Positions 39,537-44,851 of a DNA stretch of 44,851 nt are shown piece after piece (position 1 is the stretch's first letter; each line of letters opens with the position of its first letter). The position numbers were made by a program, and so were the translations under genes. Source of the stretch: Fidelibacterota bacterium. Lineage in GTDB: Bacteria > Fidelibacterota > Marinisomatia > Marinisomatales > TCS56. The stretch is from assembly GCA_043822705.1 (NCBI GenBank), contig JBDRBK010000069.1, positions 1-44,851 of the forward strand, given 5' to 3'. The notes under the pieces are model-generated. The model searched no databases and had not been told where the DNA came from. It was given only the letters and a program-made list of their open reading frames with translations.

Positions 39537-40646
39537 ATGTACGGACCCCGAGCAGTAATTCATCTTGATAATCTGGTTCATAACTATAATGTAGTTAAAA
39601 AACACCTGGGCGGTCGCCGATTGATGACCGTGGTCAAGGCCGATGCCTATGGTCATGGCGCCGTCGAATGCGCCAAGGCGCTGAAACAGGCCGGCAGCGA
39701 TTATTTCGCCGTGTACACCGTCGGTGAAGCGCTGGAATTGCGCAATGCCGGGATTACCGACGAAATCCTGATTTTCAGTCGTACCGACCGCGACGAGATC
39801 GCCGCCGCCGTCAATAACAATCTGACCCTGATCATTTCCTGGAAGGACGATCTGGACTGGTTCGCCGACCATTACCGGCAGACCGGCCGGAGCCCGAAAC
39901 TGCACCTGAAAATCGATACCGGCATGACCCGCCTCGGCGTTGCCTGGCAGGAGGTACCAGCCCTGTTGCAGCAGATTCAAAGCACGCCCGGAATTGAGCT
40001 GGAAGGCATGTACTCCCATTTCGCCACCGCCGATGAAGGCGATCCTTCTTATGCGAAATTTCAACTGGACAATTTCAACGCCTGTGTCGCTGCCGCTAAA
40101 AAACTGGAAATGGCAGTCAAATATGTGCATTTTTCAAATAGCGGGGCGGTTTTGAACCATCCCGACGCCTGGTTTGATCTGGTGCGGGTGGGACTGCTGC
40201 TCTACGGCGCTTTCCCCTCCAGTGAAGTGCCGCAGGACCTGCCGATCAAACCGGTGATGGATTACCGGGCCTCGATCACCACCGTACGGTCGGTGAAGGC
40301 CGGTATCCAGATCAGTTACGGCGGTGTATACGCCCCGCCGACCGATACCACGATCGGTGTGATCCAGTGTGGATTCGCCGATGGTTTCCCCCGGCCCTGG
40401 TTCGCCATGGGACACGTCATGTACAAAGGCCGCAAATTCAAGATTGCCGGGCGTGTCTGCATGGACCAGTTCATGGTAAATTTCGCAGGGGAACAACCGC
40501 CGGTGGGTGATGAGGTGCTGATTTTCGGTGACGATGGCGAGAACGTCATCCGCACCGAGGAAATTTCCGTTGCTATCGGTCTGACACCCTACACGCTGCT
40601 GACGGCGATTCATGGCCGGACGAGAAGGGTCTATATCGGAGAATAA
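39537..40646 (+). CDS. alr: Alanine racemase
   Basis: VVKADAYGHG (PLP Lys), HLKIDTGMTRLG, SHFATAD, ISYGG, GRVCMDQ. Confidence 0.97.
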   Translation: MYGPRAVIHLDNLVHNYNVVKKHLGGRRLMTVVKADAYGHGAVECAKALKQAGSDYFAVYTVGEALELRNAGITDEILIFSRTDRDEIAAAVNNNLTLIISWKDDLDWFADHYRQTGRSPKLHLKIDTGMTRLGVAWQEVPALLQQIQSTPGIELEGMYSHFATADEGDPSYAKFQLDNFNACVAAAKKLEMAVKYVHFSNSGAVLNHPDAWFDLVRVGLLLYGAFPSSEVPQDLPIKPVMDYRASITTVRSVKAGIQISYGGVYAPPTDTTIGVIQCGFADGFPRPWFAMGHVMYKGRKFKIAGRVCMDQFMVNFAGEQPPVGDEVLIFGDDGENVIRTEEISVAIGLTPYTLLTAIHGRTRRVYIGE

Positions 40647-40670
40647 ATAGCTCTATATTACGCTTATTAG

Positions 40671-40705
40671 AAAAATGCCGGGTACGTCATAGTACCAGGC
40701 ATTTT
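40671..40705 (+). terminator. Probable intrinsic terminator after alr
   Basis: aaaatgcc-g-ggtac-gtcata-gtacc-a-ggcatttt. Confidence 0.65.
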
Positions 40706-40796
40706 GTCAGGTTTTTTAATTATATTAATTGAGTGTATATTAACCTGTTTAAATTACTACAATAAACGTGCTGATATTTGCATAGGAGGGACTGCT

Positions 40797-43700
40797 ATGA
40801 ATTTATGTTTTAACCGTTTGCCACGGTTGTTAGTTACCGTTATACTTCTGATTATTAGCCTGAATCTGACGATTGCCAAAGATCTATCAACCAATTTGGT
40901 TTACTCCACACGTAGTATGGATGCCGGTTATTTCGATGGTAACCGGATTCGCACTGATCTGGAAAATGACAATATGCTGGTCTCCCATCGTGTATCCGGT
41001 CATTCCGGGATGGAATGGCCGAAAGGGGCCGGCACCTATATCAATTATGCCTCGGGATTGGGATTTGCCGGTAAGATCGGTGATGAGATACGCACGGCAG
41101 TTGCTGAATATCAGTCGGAATTTATTCCCGGCCCTTTTGGTTCTGATCCTTCCATGCCAGAATATAAACTGTATAAAATCAACCGTCGTGATCTGGAAGA
41201 TCCGCTGAGTAATACCGATATCCAGAACTGGCCGGCAGAAGATGGGGCGCCCTGGACCGACGTCGATAACGATGGTGTCTATAATCCCATTCCAAATGGT
41301 GTTGATCATCCGGATTTTATCGGCGATCAGGTTATCTGGTATGTTTGCAATGATGGCGACAGCTCTCGTCATGTTAACTTCAGGACTAGACCGTTGGGTC
41401 TTGAAATTCAGAATACCATTTGGGGTTACGACCGCTACGATCATTTCGGCGATATCTTGTTCTTAAAGTCGTTGATTATTAACAAAGGCGGCAATCAAAT
41501 CGATAGTATGTATATGGGTATCTGGGATGACCCTGATATAGGGGATGCTGGTGACGATTTTGTCGGTTGCGATTCGACTTTGGGATTGGGATTCTGTTAC
41601 AATGATGGTTTTGATGAAGATTATGGTAGTGAGTATGTTCCGGCAATCGGATATGATATTATACAGGGCCCGATCGTACATTCTCTAGGTGATAGCGCGT
41701 TTGCTTATGGCAAGATTATTCCAGGTCGTAAAAACTTAGGGATGACCGCTTTTGTTAAAGATATTGATTTGCCTGGATCCGAGTTTTTCAGTGCCCCAAA
41801 TGATGGCTTTCAGTTGATGAATTTCATGCGCGGATTGGGGTTAAACGGCACACCCTACCCAGTTGAAGTTACCGGCGGCAGTACATTTTCTCATCCTGGT
41901 GATCCAAGTCTCGATACCGGTCCGAATGATTCAGAATATGTTGATCATGATATCCATACATCGGACGATCGTCGTTTTCTGATGAGTTCCGGTCCGTTCA
42001 GCATGGCTCCCGGTGATTCGCAGGAAGTAATTGTCGCAATGATCATCACCCGCGGAACCGATGCTTTGAATTCCGTAGTCAAGTTAAAGGAGTTGGATCG
42101 ATTGACGCAGGAATTGGCAGATAATTCTTTTAACCTGTCGCAGGATACGACATACGTCGAATATATCCAGATACAGGGATTAACAGTTATTGCGGATAAC
42201 CTGAATGATAATGGTATTGCCAATAACGGGGAACTTATAAAACTTACATTCGCAGTAATTAATCATCATTACAATCCACAGGATGTGATCATTAGTATTT
42301 CACCATTATCTTCGTATGTAAGCTATTATAGTGGCAATTCTAAGCTAATTAACGATCTAATGCCGTGGCCAGTCGTTTATGAAGTACCGGAAGAGGAGGC
42401 GCAATACTTTTATATTCAACCGGATTATTCCCAGGCAACACTGGAGCTCAAATTTGATATCGGACTAACTGCATTGAATTCTTGGACTCGGCAGATTATT
42501 ACCCTACCGGTGGAAATTTTGGATTATCAACCAGACCCAACCGTTTATGAAGTTACTCATGTGCAAGGAAGATCCGCATCAACTGTTGGTTATCGTGTTA
42601 TAGATCCGTCTGCTCTCCTGGGACATGAATACCGGATTTCTTTCTCTTCCAAGCGTTATGCCGATTACCCCTATTATCGCACTGTTAAGGCAGCCAATAC
42701 CTCAAAACCGATCAGAACGCTTGATAAAAGAGCTGATTGTTCAGCTGCATTGATTACCGGCAGTGCAGTTTACGGACAAGACAGCACGGTCGATTTGGTT
42801 TTTAAGCTCGATTTAAATTGTGGTAATAATTGGGCGGATGGCATAAAGGTTGATTTGCCAAATGATTTGATCATTAATTGGTGGGATCTGGTCGGCGACT
42901 GCAGTTATGGTGCAGTTCAAGGTCAGAATTGTGTGAACATGGAAGGGACACTTGACCCGGAAAATAATTCTATCGTATGGGGCGACAGTTCTGTATCGCT
43001 GTTTGGCATGATCGAGTCTTCCAAAATCTTCAGGGTGAATATTGACCAGCCCGCAACTTATCCGTTTACCGTTGGTTGGAAAGTATGGGATGATGGATAT
43101 GATGGTACGGTGGCTCATGCCACGGGATATTTTTATATCGACAGCATTGAAGTCGAAATGGTGGATGAGCTTGGGATTAATCTTTTTGACCTGACGACCG
43201 GGGAATGGTTACTGAAGCAGCATGAGTTACCGGATGCGGACCAATTTAATTTCCCGGTAATTGATGGATTTAAACTGGTTGTCCAAGAAGTATCACGAGG
43301 GATGGAAGGCGTTGTCCAAATATCAAATGGTAGTGGCCCGATCGATCCAATGGCGGGTAATGAGGATGTTCTATGGCTGAATATAAATAATGTCTCCGGA
43401 TACCCTACTGAACAGGCTCAAGGTGGATGGTTTTTTATAACACATGGCGGTGGATTTCCCAATGATGTTGAATCCTTTACTTGGCGCGTGTTTCGTGGAT
43501 CAAATTGGGATCTAGCTAAAACTGGAGTTTTCGAGATGCGTTTTACAGCCGATGCAATTACGAACGGTATGGCATATAATAGGTTTAGCGATAGCAAGAT
43601 AATTAACGTTCCATTTGAACTGTGGAATATCGGTAAACATAGCGAGGATACCAGTGATGATTATCGGATGCTGCCTGCTATATTACCTATCAATGGTAAT

Positions 43701-44474
43701 AATACAGCCTATATTTTTGGTGGCGATGATTTGAATTCACCTGCTGAAGATGATCCAGTCAGCGATTGGGTCTACTGGGGAAACCCGGACGATACTTCAC
43801 CTGGCAGTAACGGTTATGATACATTCTTTTCTCCGGGTATTGGACAGTTCCCTAATGGTGGCTGGACTGAAGTTATGGCGCGTTTAACGCTAATGAATTG
43901 GGATGGAAGTGTTAGTCGAATCGATTCGCTGTCCCTAACTCAGTTGAGTAGTCCTGATCCCACCAATTGGACCGAATCCGATACTCTGGTCTTTATTTCA
44001 CGTGGTTGGTTTATTGATTCCAAGAATAGCCTTGGAATTGTGACTGTCTCCGGTAATTATGCCTATGGAAAAATACTCGGCATCCCTGAAATCGGTACGA
44101 CCTATCGATTTATCCCTAACTGTATCTTAGATACAACCGATGTTTATCAGTTTACCGCATCAAATATCGGTGTCGATCCGGTAGTATATGTACCAGTCGA
44201 ATATACACTAAAGCAGAATTACCCTAATCCATTCAATCCGACTACTACAATTGAATTCACTTTACTAGCTGCTGGCCTCACTAAGCTTACCGTATATGAT
44301 CTATTAGGTCGGGAGGTTATAAATTTGGTCAATAGACCGCTAGAAGCCGGCACAATGCGTATAATCTGGAATGGCAGGAACTCTACTGATCAGATGTTGA
44401 GTTCGGGCATTTATTTTTACCGCTTGCAGGCCAACGACTATATTGAAACAAAGAAGATGATAATTTTGAAATGA
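40797..44474 (+). CDS. Large secreted protein with FlgD/T9SS-A-like C-terminal domain, paralogous in core to 33484-36888
   Basis: RBS AGGAGG before ATG 40797, signal peptide. GMEWPKG, GDQVIW, WDDPDIG. C-terminus QNYPNPFNPTT...YDLLGREV...SGIYFYRL...KMIILK. Confidence 0.85.
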   Translation: MNLCFNRLPRLLVTVILLIISLNLTIAKDLSTNLVYSTRSMDAGYFDGNRIRTDLENDNMLVSHRVSGHSGMEWPKGAGTYINYASGLGFAGKIGDEIRTAVAEYQSEFIPGPFGSDPSMPEYKLYKINRRDLEDPLSNTDIQNWPAEDGAPWTDVDNDGVYNPIPNGVDHPDFIGDQVIWYVCNDGDSSRHVNFRTRPLGLEIQNTIWGYDRYDHFGDILFLKSLIINKGGNQIDSMYMGIWDDPDIGDAGDDFVGCDSTLGLGFCYNDGFDEDYGSEYVPAIGYDIIQGPIVHSLGDSAFAYGKIIPGRKNLGMTAFVKDIDLPGSEFFSAPNDGFQLMNFMRGLGLNGTPYPVEVTGGSTFSHPGDPSLDTGPNDSEYVDHDIHTSDDRRFLMSSGPFSMAPGDSQEVIVAMIITRGTDALNSVVKLKELDRLTQELADNSFNLSQDTTYVEYIQIQGLTVIADNLNDNGIANNGELIKLTFAVINHHYNPQDVIISISPLSSYVSYYSGNSKLINDLMPWPVVYEVPEEEAQYFYIQPDYSQATLELKFDIGLTALNSWTRQIITLPVEILDYQPDPTVYEVTHVQGRSASTVGYRVIDPSALLGHEYRISFSSKRYADYPYYRTVKAANTSKPIRTLDKRADCSAALITGSAVYGQDSTVDLVFKLDLNCGNNWADGIKVDLPNDLIINWWDLVGDCSYGAVQGQNCVNMEGTLDPENNSIVWGDSSVSLFGMIESSKIFRVNIDQPATYPFTVGWKVWDDGYDGTVAHATGYFYIDSIEVEMVDELGINLFDLTTGEWLLKQHELPDADQFNFPVIDGFKLVVQEVSRGMEGVVQISNGSGPIDPMAGNEDVLWLNINNVSGYPTEQAQGGWFFITHGGGFPNDVESFTWRVFRGSNWDLAKTGVFEMRFTADAITNGMAYNRFSDSKIINVPFELWNIGKHSEDTSDDYRMLPAILPINGNNTAYIFGGDDLNSPAEDDPVSDWVYWGNPDDTSPGSNGYDTFFSPGIGQFPNGGWTEVMARLTLMNWDGSVSRIDSLSLTQLSSPDPTNWTESDTLVFISRGWFIDSKNSLGIVTVSGNYAYGKILGIPEIGTTYRFIPNCILDTTDVYQFTASNIGVDPVVYVPVEYTLKQNYPNPFNPTTTIEFTLLAAGLTKLTVYDLLGREVINLVNRPLEAGTMRIIWNGRNSTDQMLSSGIYFYRLQANDYIETKKMIILK

Positions 44475-44596
44475 TGAAACAGCCGGCAAAGTCAAAATTA
44501 GTTGACGGCTTGACTGGTGACGGATTGTTAATCGCGGGAAAAATGATCACTGTTAATATGCAAAGCATATCACATTGAAAATATTGGTAATATAGA

Positions 44597-44746
44597 ATGA
44601 AACCCACAAATATGATCGTTAGTGTTCTATTGCTTTTTATGATGACATCGAATCTCCTTTTTGGAGGTAATATTTACCATATTTTAACCACTGATGGTGA
44701 AGAATATAACAGCCGCGCGATTTTTAATTCTTGTCGTGTTTTGTAG
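44597..44746 (+). pseudogene. Short 49-codon ORF with signal peptide, possibly a truncated secreted-protein gene
   Basis: MKPTNMIVSVLLLFMMTSNLLFG is followed by GNIYHILTTDGEEY and an early TAG. Confidence 0.35.
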
Positions 44747-44851
44747 GATTTAATAAGCTATAGCAATAAGATTGTAATATGGCGTGAGCGTAGCTGACGG
44801 AGCATTACAATCATGGCCTGAACCATTTCCTCAAGCAATAGAGGAACCATG

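Noticed and set aside
40704..40796. Upstream start for the last large gene
   Set aside because: Begins inside the alr terminator. ATG 40797 has a strong RBS and a signal peptide.
1..44851. CRISPR arrays, tRNA/rRNA, prophage, recoded stop codons
   Set aside because: No spaced direct repeats, RNA gene signatures or phage genes seen. The major ORFs are uninterrupted under the standard code.

Overview
A 44.9 kb bacterial chromosomal segment read with the standard bacterial code. The FlgD/T9SS-like C-terminal domains, PorV-family barrel and SusD-less TonB receptors suggest a non-Bacteroidota FCB-group organism such as Marinimicrobia, KSB1 or Calditrichota (inference). I see about 23 CDSs and no rRNA, tRNA or CRISPR. 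Two multi-gene systems stand out. (A) 1-14.4 kb: C25-like/HEAT protein, M16 protease, TonB receptor, DUF4876-like lipoprotein and outer-membrane barrel, converging on an ABC ATPase, permease, DUF4857-like protein and membrane polyferredoxin. This resembles a protein-import and degradation system. (B) 17.3-40.6 kb: a near-complete peptidoglycan disassembly set (GH20, DacB, amidase, GHL10, YkfC, Ala-Glu epimerase, transglutaminase-like protease, Alr) around an outer-membrane module (double FG-GAP propeller, TonB receptor, large secreted protein, PorV-family barrel). This is a candidate SusD-independent peptidoglycan utilisation locus. All family assignments come from motif recognition, not database searches.
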